DNA from: a candidate division WOR-3 bacterium
Lineage (GTDB): Bacteria; SDB-A
DNA length: 60,712 nt
Direction of reading: 5' to 3'
Assembly: GCA_016929715.1 (NCBI GenBank)
Contig: JAFGIG010000097.1
Span: 1-60,712 of the forward strand
Part shown: in pieces, positions 36,547-45,931 of the stretch
Layout: the number at the start of each line of letters is the position of its first letter
Position numbering within the stretch: the first letter of the stretch is position 1
The notes under the pieces: generated by a model
What the model was told of the DNA's origin: nothing
Databases searched by the model: none
Seen by the model: the letters and a program-made list of their open reading frames with translations, nothing else
Made by a program: the position numbers and the translations under genes

Positions 36547-38841
36547 TCAATTAAGCTTAAATACTTTGAATGTCTCTGTTTTAATATCCTGTCCGACTGT
36601 TAGAAAATATTGTCCACGGGGTATTTCGCCGGTCTTTAACCTGAAAACTCCATTATCATCGGCGTCGGACATAGCTGAAAATACAAGTCTGCCCGCGGTA
36701 TCATATAGCCGGAATAAGACATTTTTTTCTCCCATATCCGGCAGAGCACATAAAAGATCAGTCCCTTCAAATCGCAAATAAACAATTGAAGGCGTTTCCC
36801 GGGGCTGTTCTTCTGAATTCAAGGAAAGAAAGGAAAATCTGACCGCATCGAAAGCTATTTTTTGCCCCTGAATACCCGTCATGTCACCGAGATAGACAAA
36901 TGCGCCGGCGGTGTCTAGCAGGAAAACGCCGAGCTGAACCCATTCTCCCGCAAAAATGGATTGATCGATTATTACGCTGTCTATGCCCGTGGCATGATGA
37001 ATTCTGTAAATGGCTGAAGCCGCTGTTGAATTATGAGCCGGAACAAAAGCCGATAAGGCGTAAAGTCCGGCGTTCTCCAGATGAGGGGTCCATCTCGCAT
37101 AGCATGTATCCGATGATCCCTGTGTTGTGTATGTCCACCAGCTGTGATTTTCATATCCGGAAAGAGCGTCTTTCCAGAATCTCATTGATGATGGGTGTTC
37201 TGCATTAAGATAAAATCCGCTGGTAAGGTGCCTGTCGTCGACAATTGTATCGCTGAGGTCAGGAAATTCTCCCCTTGACGTCACGCACCAATAGACCTGG
37301 TTCAAGTTTAGATATCCGTTGTTATAGCCGGGCCAATCATATCTGGAAAATTTTCCGTCATAACTCGGATATCCCGCCGTATTTTTATTTCCGTAAGGAT
37401 CGTTGAAAATCAGAGTATGCCAATTTTGAACCTGACCTACTCCAAGGACCAAATGCCCTGAAGTTGTGAGCCCCACGCACATCGAATAAGGATAGCCGGC
37501 ATTGATTTCATCCGCTGTTTCAGAGAAAGTCGGCGTATCGTCCCGCGATGATAAGAGTCCATGATTGGAAAAATAAGAAACCATTCTCGAATAGGGAGAA
37601 TAGCTTCCGGTCCACATATACCCGTATCCTCCCTGCGCAGGAGTTCCGGCAGGATCGTCAGCCCATAAATTGTAATCCGACTCGTTGAACATATATCTCT
37701 CGCAAATATAATTTCCGAAGGCGCTTATGTGGCTATATGGATAAGAACACTGGCAATTCCATTGGGGAAGAAGTCCGTAATATGATATCGCCATCAAAGC
37801 GGTCGAAGGGGCGCAAGCCCAGTGGCCGTTGAACCAGTCCGGCGTGTCGTAAACCTGATGAATATAGGGGACATTCAATGAATCGCCTTTAGCCCGGAGG
37901 ATAAACGAAGAACTTTCCTTTTCAGAACTAAAGTCCGGTATCAGTATTCTCGATTCTTCAATCAGGAATCCCTCTTCCAGCAGGGAAATAGTTATCTCGT
38001 TTTTTTCAGGCGATAAATAAACTAACTTTCCATCCTTTGAAAAAAAAGGGAACATTTCATTGTCATCCGGGGTAAATGTGAGCTTTTCTGAGTTTTGTCT
38101 TTGATGATTCCAAAGAAACAAATCAGTATTTATGTATTCCATGCCTTCAATATATCTTCTTTCGTAAACTATATCTTCTCCGTCAGGCGAAATGGCCGGG
38201 TTGTTGCCTTTGTCAACGAAAGAGACTTCTCTTCCTGAAGAGTCGCATGCGAAAATCTGCCCGGAAATTCCGCTGAATAGGATTTTTTGACCGTTTAGAG
38301 ACCATACCGGGCAGCAGCAAGGAACACCGGGCGGTGATATCTGCAGCTTTTTCGAATCTTGGAGATAAAAAAGCCAGAGAACGTCTTCTGAATCGTTAAA
38401 TACCACTTTTTCCCCGTCGGGCGAAACCGGGCATAAATTGGAATAATACCCGAGATCGAAAACGACACTTCTTTTTTCCGAAAGTATTTGAAAAAAGTTT
38501 CCCAGAGTGAAAGCAGGTTCTTCATTTTCGTTAAAAGAGACCTGACCTACGAGAGGTTGAGGAGGCGTCAGTTCGGAAACTTTCATTTTTTCAAGATCGA
38601 AAACAGACGGTATCTGCATTCCATCCCCGTCGATATACTTAAAACCGATATATCGCCCCGAAGGCGAAAGGGATAAATACATTCCGCATCCCGAAGCTCT
38701 GAAAATTTCGCTGAGACCGGTTTCGGACAGAAGATATATCACGTCTGCATACTCATCAGTCAATACAAAGCCTTTGGCTGTCATAACAGGTTTTGCGAAA
38801 GCCGATGACAAAAAAAGTGTAAAAAACAGAGAGAAAATCAT
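36547..38841 (-). CDS. secreted multidomain protein: TolB-like beta-propeller + C39-like papain-fold peptidase domain + T9SS/FlgD-Ig-type C-terminal domain
   Basis: Signal peptide; PD40-like repeats (SPDGEKVVF, SPDGEDIVY, SKDGKLVYLS). C39_2-like catalytic context (VPYIHQ..GHWACAPSTALMAISYYG). C-terminal tail FRLYDTAGRLVF..IPRGQYFLTV..FKVFKLN. Confidence 0.6.
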   Translation of the reverse strand: MIFSLFFTLFLSSAFAKPVMTAKGFVLTDEYADVIYLLSETGLSEIFRASGCGMYLSLSPSGRYIGFKYIDGDGMQIPSVFDLEKMKVSELTPPQPLVGQVSFNENEEPAFTLGNFFQILSEKRSVVFDLGYYSNLCPVSPDGEKVVFNDSEDVLWLFYLQDSKKLQISPPGVPCCCPVWSLNGQKILFSGISGQIFACDSSGREVSFVDKGNNPAISPDGEDIVYERRYIEGMEYINTDLFLWNHQRQNSEKLTFTPDDNEMFPFFSKDGKLVYLSPEKNEITISLLEEGFLIEESRILIPDFSSEKESSSFILRAKGDSLNVPYIHQVYDTPDWFNGHWACAPSTALMAISYYGLLPQWNCQCSYPYSHISAFGNYICERYMFNESDYNLWADDPAGTPAQGGYGYMWTGSYSPYSRMVSYFSNHGLLSSRDDTPTFSETADEINAGYPYSMCVGLTTSGHLVLGVGQVQNWHTLIFNDPYGNKNTAGYPSYDGKFSRYDWPGYNNGYLNLNQVYWCVTSRGEFPDLSDTIVDDRHLTSGFYLNAEHPSSMRFWKDALSGYENHSWWTYTTQGSSDTCYARWTPHLENAGLYALSAFVPAHNSTAASAIYRIHHATGIDSVIIDQSIFAGEWVQLGVFLLDTAGAFVYLGDMTGIQGQKIAFDAVRFSFLSLNSEEQPRETPSIVYLRFEGTDLLCALPDMGEKNVLFRLYDTAGRLVFSAMSDADDNGVFRLKTGEIPRGQYFLTVGQDIKTETFKVFKLN

Positions 38842-38987
38842 CGTGGTTTTCCTTTTTTTAATAATATTTTAATTACTATGTTGTATTAAATCAAATGTAT
38901 TGGTCCATGGATATGTTCCTGACCATATGCATTCAATGGACATTAAAAGGGAAGAGGTTTATAATCATAAAACTCTAAACGGCAATT

Positions 38988-41399
38988 ATGAGATTAAAAA
39001 AGTTGATACACAAATTTATCTCGCCTCTTACGGTGGGAATACTCTGGTCTGCCTCTACTTTTTTTCTCTTCAATGCGGGGTTTTTGGCAAGGCTGGAATT
39101 ATATACCTCAGACCTGAGAAGGAAATTTTTCGCTTTTTCTTCAGGAAAACCGAGTGAAGAAATCGTCTTTTTCCTCATTGACCAAAACTCCCTCGACATA
39201 ATGGCAGGAGAAGGTGTTTATTGGCCATGGCCGAGGAAAATGACCGCTGATATCATCGATTATCTCAGCGCAGGTGGAGCTAAAGCCGTTGTTTTGGATG
39301 TTTTATATACTGAACCGTCAGTTTACGGTCCTTTCGACGATTCTTCTCTCGCTATTTCAGCCAAAAATTCCGGTAATGTTATTGTCGCATTCATGGCGTC
39401 CATGCATGAAAATTATTTTTCGGATACTGCAAACAGCTTTATAGAAAAACTTTCTCTGAGACGAAACGATTCCGGCTTAAAATTGCCTCAATACAGCTAT
39501 TTCCAAGCTCCCATTGACCTGCTGGCGGAAAATGTTTTTATGTCCGGGTGCGTCAATATCAGACCCGATGCGGACGGCATTTACAGGGGTTCGCCTCTCT
39601 TCTACAGGATCGGCGAAAACTACTATCCTCACATATCTCTCGCCGCATATCATGCAGTCTCCGGGGTTGAATCGCTTAATGTATCAGATGAATTCATTGG
39701 TATTTACCTAAAAGAAGCTTATATTCAGGCGCCTATCAGCGAAGATGGCCGGACAACAGTTAATTTCAGGGGAAAGATGAGCGAAACATACAGGAGCTAT
39801 ACAATCGCATCTGTTCTGAAATCAGCTTCATTTTATTCATCGGGAGGCATAAACGATTTATACGGAGAATACAAGAATTATCTTGGCTTATTTTCTGAAT
39901 ATGAAAAAATAAAAAACAAACTGTCTCAAGAGCTTGATCCTGCGGTTGAATTCGCTCTTTTTAACCTCCACCTTAGAGAAATATACGGTTTTGAATACGA
40001 TTCGCTTGAACAGATGCTCGCCGAAATAGACGACGCCGTCATAACTTCAATCAAGGAAGACGAATTCACGGCAATTGAAATGGCGATATCAAACTTCGAA
40101 AAAAACTACATTTCTCCCGGAACATTTAGAGACAAGATAGTATTCATTGCCGGAACCGCTCCGGGTCTTTTGGATATAAGACCGAACCCATTCGGGCCTA
40201 ATGACGCCGGAGTTTTTATTCACGCGTCAATACTCGACGATCTGCTCTCCGGAACGTTTATCAGGGAAAGATACGACAAGGTCTTGATTTGGACATTCAT
40301 CTTTTTGATGTCTCTATTCGGATCATTCGCCGGATCCAACATAAAAATCCAAAAAAGCATCGTGATTTTCCTCTTAGCATTATTCTCTTACGCGTTTTTC
40401 GTTTCTTTCATGTTCATATTCAAAAATACCCTCGTGGACTTTTCTTCTGTCCCGCTTTCTTTGTTTTTCTCTTACGCTTCAGGCACTCTGATAGGATACG
40501 TCAGAGAAGCGAGGGAGAAAAGCTTCGTCCGCAATGCATTCGGATTTTATCTTTCAAATAAAGTCGTCAATGAACTTTTGAGCCATCCGGATAAACTTAA
40601 ACTCGGCGGGGAAAGAAAATTCATGACGGCTTTTTTCTCAGACATAGCCGGATTTACGAGCATTTCAGAGACAATGCCTCCTGAAGGCGTCTCCTCTCTT
40701 CTCAACGAGTATCTGTCTTCGATGTGCTCTATAATATCTCATCACGAAGGCATTGTAGATAAGTTCGAAGGCGATGCAATAATAGCTTTCTGGGGCGCGC
40801 CTCTCGATACTGACGACCACGCAAAAAATGCCTGCTCGTGCGCTCTTCAAATGCAGGAAAAACTCTCCCTTCTAAGGAGCAAGTGGGAAAAAGAGGGTAA
40901 ACCGCCTTTGAAGATGAGAATCGGAATAAATACCGGGTTCATGGTCGTCGGCAATTTCGGCTCTGACAAGAGAATGGACTACACAATAATAGGAGATTCT
41001 GTTAATCTCGCGTCGAGGCTTGAAGGAGTCAACAAATTCTACGGGACTTCCACAATTATTTCCCAGACTACAAACGAAGCTGTCGAAGCCTATTTTGAAA
41101 CCAGAAAAATAGACATAATAAAGGTGAAGGGAAAATCCGAACCCGTAGCGATTTATGAACTCGTCGGTTTAAAGAATACCCTTGCCCCGGATCTTATATC
41201 GGCTCTTGGAGCATACCGAGAAGCCCTTGAGCTTTATATCAAGGGGGATTTTAAGGGATCTGCGGTCAATTTAGATAATGTTCTTGGTTCTTTTCCGGAT
41301 GACGGGCCTTCAAATGTTTTGTTGAAAAGATGCGAAAACTATATTGAAAATCCCCCAAAAGAACTCTGGACAGGAATATTCAGCTTAACTGAAAAATAA
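38988..41399 (+). CDS. CHASE2 sensor domain-containing class III adenylate/guanylate cyclase
   Basis: N-terminal TM, a periplasmic CHASE2-like region, three TM helices, then a canonical CHD (FFSDIAGFT, EGDAIIAFWG, RIGINTG, IGDSVNLASRLE). Confidence 0.88.
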   Translation: MRLKKLIHKFISPLTVGILWSASTFFLFNAGFLARLELYTSDLRRKFFAFSSGKPSEEIVFFLIDQNSLDIMAGEGVYWPWPRKMTADIIDYLSAGGAKAVVLDVLYTEPSVYGPFDDSSLAISAKNSGNVIVAFMASMHENYFSDTANSFIEKLSLRRNDSGLKLPQYSYFQAPIDLLAENVFMSGCVNIRPDADGIYRGSPLFYRIGENYYPHISLAAYHAVSGVESLNVSDEFIGIYLKEAYIQAPISEDGRTTVNFRGKMSETYRSYTIASVLKSASFYSSGGINDLYGEYKNYLGLFSEYEKIKNKLSQELDPAVEFALFNLHLREIYGFEYDSLEQMLAEIDDAVITSIKEDEFTAIEMAISNFEKNYISPGTFRDKIVFIAGTAPGLLDIRPNPFGPNDAGVFIHASILDDLLSGTFIRERYDKVLIWTFIFLMSLFGSFAGSNIKIQKSIVIFLLALFSYAFFVSFMFIFKNTLVDFSSVPLSLFFSYASGTLIGYVREAREKSFVRNAFGFYLSNKVVNELLSHPDKLKLGGERKFMTAFFSDIAGFTSISETMPPEGVSSLLNEYLSSMCSIISHHEGIVDKFEGDAIIAFWGAPLDTDDHAKNACSCALQMQEKLSLLRSKWEKEGKPPLKMRIGINTGFMVVGNFGSDKRMDYTIIGDSVNLASRLEGVNKFYGTSTIISQTTNEAVEAYFETRKIDIIKVKGKSEPVAIYELVGLKNTLAPDLISALGAYREALELYIKGDFKGSAVNLDNVLGSFPDDGPSNVLLKRCENYIENPPKELWTGIFSLTEK

Positions 41400-41411
41400 A
41401 GGAGGTGTATT

Positions 41412-41774
41412 TTGAGAAAATGGTTTATGGCCGCCGTTATAATCTTCGCGATTCTGTTCATCCCTCTGATTGGCGGAGACAACACGACTTTTCAGCAGAG
41501 GAGAGAAGAAGCGCAAAAAAGAGCGGAAAATTACAACAATGCCGTTTACAGCGGAGATCAAAGAGCCACCGACGAGGAAGTGGCTGCCGCGATAAAAAAT
41601 TTCAACCCTGAAGTCGAATCCGAATACATAGACGGACACGCTGATCTCAAAAACAGTTTTGCACTTTTAAACTCAATAGAAAAACACTGGAACTTCAGCT
41701 CTTTCGAACGAAATTATTCCGTGGACTGGGACGCATGGATGCTCGAAGGCGAAGTCGGAGCTTACGCTCCATAG
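41412..41774 (+). CDS. small membrane-anchored hypothetical protein
   Basis: TTG start 7 nt after AGGAGG; N-terminal TM (FMAAVIIFAILFIPLIGG); no recognisable domain. Confidence 0.5.
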   Translation: MRKWFMAAVIIFAILFIPLIGGDNTTFQQRREEAQKRAENYNNAVYSGDQRATDEEVAAAIKNFNPEVESEYIDGHADLKNSFALLNSIEKHWNFSSFERNYSVDWDAWMLEGEVGAYAP

Positions 41775-41784
41775 GAGGCAAAAA

Positions 41785-42702
41785 ATGAAATTTACGGCAA
41801 TTATACTAACTTTATCTTTTTCAGCTTCTGTTTGCGCGGCATTTCCGACTCTGCCTGTTAACATTCCCATAGATACTCCCATAAACGATTACCTTTCAAT
41901 TGCTACCGACATAATAGAAGCGCTCAATGTGTTTTCAGAGGGATACACTCCGGAACAGGAATATTATCTCGGAAGATCCTGCGCAGCAAACATACTAAAA
42001 CAATATTCAAACAACTTCGTAACAAATACCCAACAGCAGGAATACGTAAACCAAATAGGCCAATCCCTCGCCGTCTTCGCAGACAGAACCGATTTGTTCT
42101 CAGGCTACATTTTCATAGTAGTTGAATCGCCGAAAAAAAATGCGCTGGCGGCTCCCGGCGGTTTCATTTTCATAACTACCGGCATGATTCAGGCCTGTGA
42201 AAATGAAGATCAGATAGCAGGTATTCTCGCGCATGAAATCGCGCATGTTGTCCACAAAGATGCTATAAATTCAATCAGCGAAAGAAACAGGCTGATCTCC
42301 TTAATCAAACTCGCCGATAAGTATGGCGGGGAAATCGGCAGAGCCAAAGCTCAGCAGGCTCTCGACAAGCTCCCAAGCTGGTTCGTCAACGAGATAATGA
42401 ACATCAGCGTCGAGAGCATATTTTCGACGATAACAGACGAAATCGTTAAGACTTTCGAAAAAGCCTACGGAAAGGAACAGGAAAAACAGGCCGATCTCTA
42501 CGCGGTTTACCTCATGGCAGTCACGGGATACAACCCGGAAGAGCTCTCTTTAGTGATAGCTAAGCTGAACGAAGGCACGGATTCTCATTACGGTTCGCAT
42601 CCCTCCCCGTCGGAGAGAATCTCCTACATAGACGATGAAATTTCCCGTTTACCTTCTCATCCGGCAACATCACCGGTGAGGACAGCAAGAATAGTTAAAT
42701 AA
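41785..42702 (+). CDS. secreted M48-family zinc metallopeptidase
   Basis: Signal peptide, HEIAHVVHKD HExxH motif and downstream Glu-rich helix; GGAGG RBS. Confidence 0.8.
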   Translation: MKFTAIILTLSFSASVCAAFPTLPVNIPIDTPINDYLSIATDIIEALNVFSEGYTPEQEYYLGRSCAANILKQYSNNFVTNTQQQEYVNQIGQSLAVFADRTDLFSGYIFIVVESPKKNALAAPGGFIFITTGMIQACENEDQIAGILAHEIAHVVHKDAINSISERNRLISLIKLADKYGGEIGRAKAQQALDKLPSWFVNEIMNISVESIFSTITDEIVKTFEKAYGKEQEKQADLYAVYLMAVTGYNPEELSLVIAKLNEGTDSHYGSHPSPSERISYIDDEISRLPSHPATSPVRTARIVK

Positions 42703-42732
42703 AAAAATATCTACACACAACTTGGAGAACAC

Positions 42733-44202
42733 ATGAAATTTTTATCGGCGATTTTCATTTTCACCAGCCTTTGCCTCCATGGAGCCTTTGTGGATTACTC
42801 TTCCGCTTACCGCGCCGCTCAGGCAAAATTATCGAGCGACAAGATGACCGGACTGCACGCTTTTTCAAGTTCCATAGTCATCATGAGCACTTCCTCTTCA
42901 GACACTCTCGCTTATGCTTTCGAGCTGAATCCGACTGGATACATCATAGTTACGGCGGACGACGAACTTTTTCCGATTATAGCGTATTCCTATGATAACG
43001 GATGCAGAGCCTCAGACGAAGAGGACAATATACTTTTCAGTCTTGTCAGGAGAGATATTGAGCTGAAAAAAGCCGGCCAAAACGAAATTCCGCCATCCGT
43101 CCTTTTAAGGTTCAAATCTCAGTGGAAATCCCTTCTCGAGGAAAACCGCGAACAAATGAATTTTCCCATTTTCGAACAGTGGCCCCCCGCCGGCTCTACT
43201 CCGACAGGCGGATGGCTAATGTCCAACTGGACTCAGAATTCTCCATACAATAGTATGTGCCCTATTGACCCGCAGACAAGCCTGAGAAGCCTGGCAGGCT
43301 GCCCGGCCGTCGCCATGGGCATGATAGTCAATTATCATGAGGAAATCCATGGAACCAGATTTTCCGACACCGACGACTACTACCATTCATACGCAGGCAG
43401 AAATTACTGGATAGACGACGATTGGGCTGTCAGGGGATTCCCTTCCTGGAGCCAGCTCAACGTCTATCTCGACACCCTCGAAAACCATTATTCTTATGGA
43501 GTGACTCCGACAAATCAGGACAAAGCGGCTCTTGTATGGGCATGCGGTGCTGCGATGAGACAGGTCTACACGAGCGGCGGCTCAGGAACTTTCGGAGCCA
43601 CACAAGCTCTCAACGCATACATAAAATTTGGATACGGCGACTGTTCTCCTCTCGACACTCTTTCCGACAGCCTTTACGAAAGGCTGTCTCAAAACATGAA
43701 AGACGGCATGCCGGCGCACATCACCGCTCTTACGCCTCCTCCGGTTCAGGGTCATAATTTCGTAATTGACGGATACAACACAAATGACTACTACCATCTC
43801 AATATGGGTTGGGGCGGGACATACAACGGCTGGTATATAATCCCGGACAGTATTCCCTACAACCTTACCGTCATAGATACAATCATAATAGACATAGGAG
43901 AACCCTTAAACTTCGTCGAAGAGTTGCCCTCCGGCGGCTTTTTTGCTGAATTCGAGCGCAATTCTTTCTACTTGACCCCGGAAAACCCTTTAATATTATT
44001 CTCCTTCACCTGTCAGGGCTCAGCGCAGGTAAGTATCTACGATATTACGGGAAGACTTGCGCAACCGACTGAAAAAATTTTCATTGAAAAAGGTTCAAAC
44101 CTCTACAGGGTCAATATAGAGGACTTGCCTGCCGGAGCGTATGTGTTAAGCGTTTACTCTGAAAAAGGTTGCTCTAACTGCAGGTTTACGTATCTGAAAT
44201 AA
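42733..44202 (+). CDS. C10-family (streptopain/SpeB-like) cysteine peptidase with Spi-type propeptide and T9SS/FlgD-Ig-type C-terminal domain
   Basis: Propeptide pattern (LAYAFELNPTGYIIVTADDELFPIIAYS); catalytic Cys context WTQNSPYN..AGCPAVAMGMIVNYH; His context GHNFVIDGYN..YYHLNMGWGG. C-terminal tail (IYDITGRL..LPAGAYVLSVYS). Confidence 0.8.
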   Translation: MKFLSAIFIFTSLCLHGAFVDYSSAYRAAQAKLSSDKMTGLHAFSSSIVIMSTSSSDTLAYAFELNPTGYIIVTADDELFPIIAYSYDNGCRASDEEDNILFSLVRRDIELKKAGQNEIPPSVLLRFKSQWKSLLEENREQMNFPIFEQWPPAGSTPTGGWLMSNWTQNSPYNSMCPIDPQTSLRSLAGCPAVAMGMIVNYHEEIHGTRFSDTDDYYHSYAGRNYWIDDDWAVRGFPSWSQLNVYLDTLENHYSYGVTPTNQDKAALVWACGAAMRQVYTSGGSGTFGATQALNAYIKFGYGDCSPLDTLSDSLYERLSQNMKDGMPAHITALTPPPVQGHNFVIDGYNTNDYYHLNMGWGGTYNGWYIIPDSIPYNLTVIDTIIIDIGEPLNFVEELPSGGFFAEFERNSFYLTPENPLILFSFTCQGSAQVSIYDITGRLAQPTEKIFIEKGSNLYRVNIEDLPAGAYVLSVYSEKGCSNCRFTYLK

Positions 44203-44209
44203 GGATTTT

Positions 44210-45931
44210 TCAGACTCCTTCGGATGCGAGGACCATTCTGTAAAGACTGCTCGTCTTCATAAGATACTCATGAGTTTCGAAGGCGAGTTGTCTTCCCCTG
44301 TGCAGGAATAATACTCTGTCTGACTGTTTTATCGTCGAAAGCCTGTGGCTGACCACCAAGATTATTGATTCGGCGTATCTTTCCTTCATGTATTTCCAGA
44401 GGGATTCTTCATTTTTCGAATCGAGAGCCGATGTGCAGTCGTCAAAAAGTATAAGAGAAGGCTTTCCCGCAAGAGCTCTCGCTATGGCAACTCTCTGTCT
44501 CTGCCCGCCGCTGACACCTACTCCTGCCTGCTGAAGTTTCGCTTGGGCTCCCCCGCTTATTTCTTTCGAAGTTATGTTGACCGCAAAAAGCGATTCAATT
44601 ACTGAATCCCCGTCAATATTTCTTCCGATGTCGACGTTGTCCCCTATTGTCTCGCTGAAAAGAAGCGATTCCTGAGGCACATATCCTATCTGAGATAAAA
44701 ATGAATTTCTTGAGTAGTCGCTCGTCCTTTTGCCGTTTATTAAATACTCCCCCTCCATCAAAGGAAGAAGAGAAGCCGCTATTTTTAAAAAAGTGCTCTT
44801 CCCGCTCCCGACTTCCCCTACTACTGCGATTATCTGACCTTCACTCGCAGAGAATTCTATTGCGCTTATTCCTTTTTCTTTGCCATAGATGAATCCGGCA
44901 TTTCCGAAATCCAAGCTCTTTATTTTTTTGCATTCCAAAAAACCTTCCTCGAGCTCTCCTGAAGGGAAATCCAGGATTTCATTTTCTCTGTCAATGGAAA
45001 TAAAAGCTTGTTTGGATGTGACAAATAGATTCGGTATGTCCATCATAGGAGCGAGAATCATATCGAGATACACATAAAAAGCGTAAAATTCACCGATACC
45101 TATGGTTCCCCTTATGACGAAAACGCCTCCGACAAACATCACGACGACTTTTCCTATCTGTCCCAAGATATTATAAGCCGAATGGACAAGCATGACGTAT
45201 TTTGCTATTTTCATATCTATTTTCAGTCTTCTGTCGAGAAGTTCTCTCAGGCGTTTTTCCTGCCCGACTTCGGCTCTGTATGCCTTGATTATCGATATAC
45301 CGGCGAAAGTGCTGTCAAGCAGATCGTTTGTCCTGCTGGTCGCTTTCCTGTTTTCCATGACAATTCTGCCGAGTTTGTTTTGGATCAGATAGAACAAGTA
45401 GAGCATAAATGGCAGTGGCAGAATTGATATAAGAGTCAGCTGTCTGTTCATATAAAACATCACCGCTAAACAGAAAAATAGTTTTGAGGTCGATTCAAGA
45501 GCCCTGAAAACCGCTGAACAACTGAACCATGCAATTCTCGGGTGCTCTACAATATCGTCAGTCAGCCTTGTGGCAAGGTCTCCAGGTCTGAAAGTGTTGA
45601 AGAATCTGTAGTCTTTTTTTAGCATGCTCGAAAAAACAAGATCCCTGACATCTAATCCGATTTTTGAATTGAGCCAGGCTCTCGCTCCCGGATATAGTCC
45701 GGCTACGAACTTCGCCAATGCCAAAGCCATAAGAAAAAGCAAAGTATTCCTGAAACCGTCCTGCAGAGCCGACCCTTTCAAAACATCATCTATGCCGTCT
45801 AGAAGAAACTTAAAAACCAGCGGGAAAGAAAGAGTCACCGCGCTCGATATAATAGTGAAGAAAAATAGAAACACTATGTGAAGTTTATGCTTTTTCCAGA
45901 ACTGGAAAATCCAGACAAAATATTTAATCAT
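44210..45931 (-). CDS. ABC exporter permease/ATPase subunit (heterodimer partner with non-canonical Walker B-Asp)
   Basis: 6-TM domain plus NBD. Walker A is GEVGSGKST and the signature is canonical (VSGGQRQR), but Walker B is LILFDDC (D in place of the catalytic E). Confidence 0.92.
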   Translation of the reverse strand: MIKYFVWIFQFWKKHKLHIVFLFFFTIISSAVTLSFPLVFKFLLDGIDDVLKGSALQDGFRNTLLFLMALALAKFVAGLYPGARAWLNSKIGLDVRDLVFSSMLKKDYRFFNTFRPGDLATRLTDDIVEHPRIAWFSCSAVFRALESTSKLFFCLAVMFYMNRQLTLISILPLPFMLYLFYLIQNKLGRIVMENRKATSRTNDLLDSTFAGISIIKAYRAEVGQEKRLRELLDRRLKIDMKIAKYVMLVHSAYNILGQIGKVVVMFVGGVFVIRGTIGIGEFYAFYVYLDMILAPMMDIPNLFVTSKQAFISIDRENEILDFPSGELEEGFLECKKIKSLDFGNAGFIYGKEKGISAIEFSASEGQIIAVVGEVGSGKSTFLKIAASLLPLMEGEYLINGKRTSDYSRNSFLSQIGYVPQESLLFSETIGDNVDIGRNIDGDSVIESLFAVNITSKEISGGAQAKLQQAGVGVSGGQRQRVAIARALAGKPSLILFDDCTSALDSKNEESLWKYMKERYAESIILVVSHRLSTIKQSDRVLFLHRGRQLAFETHEYLMKTSSLYRMVLASEGV

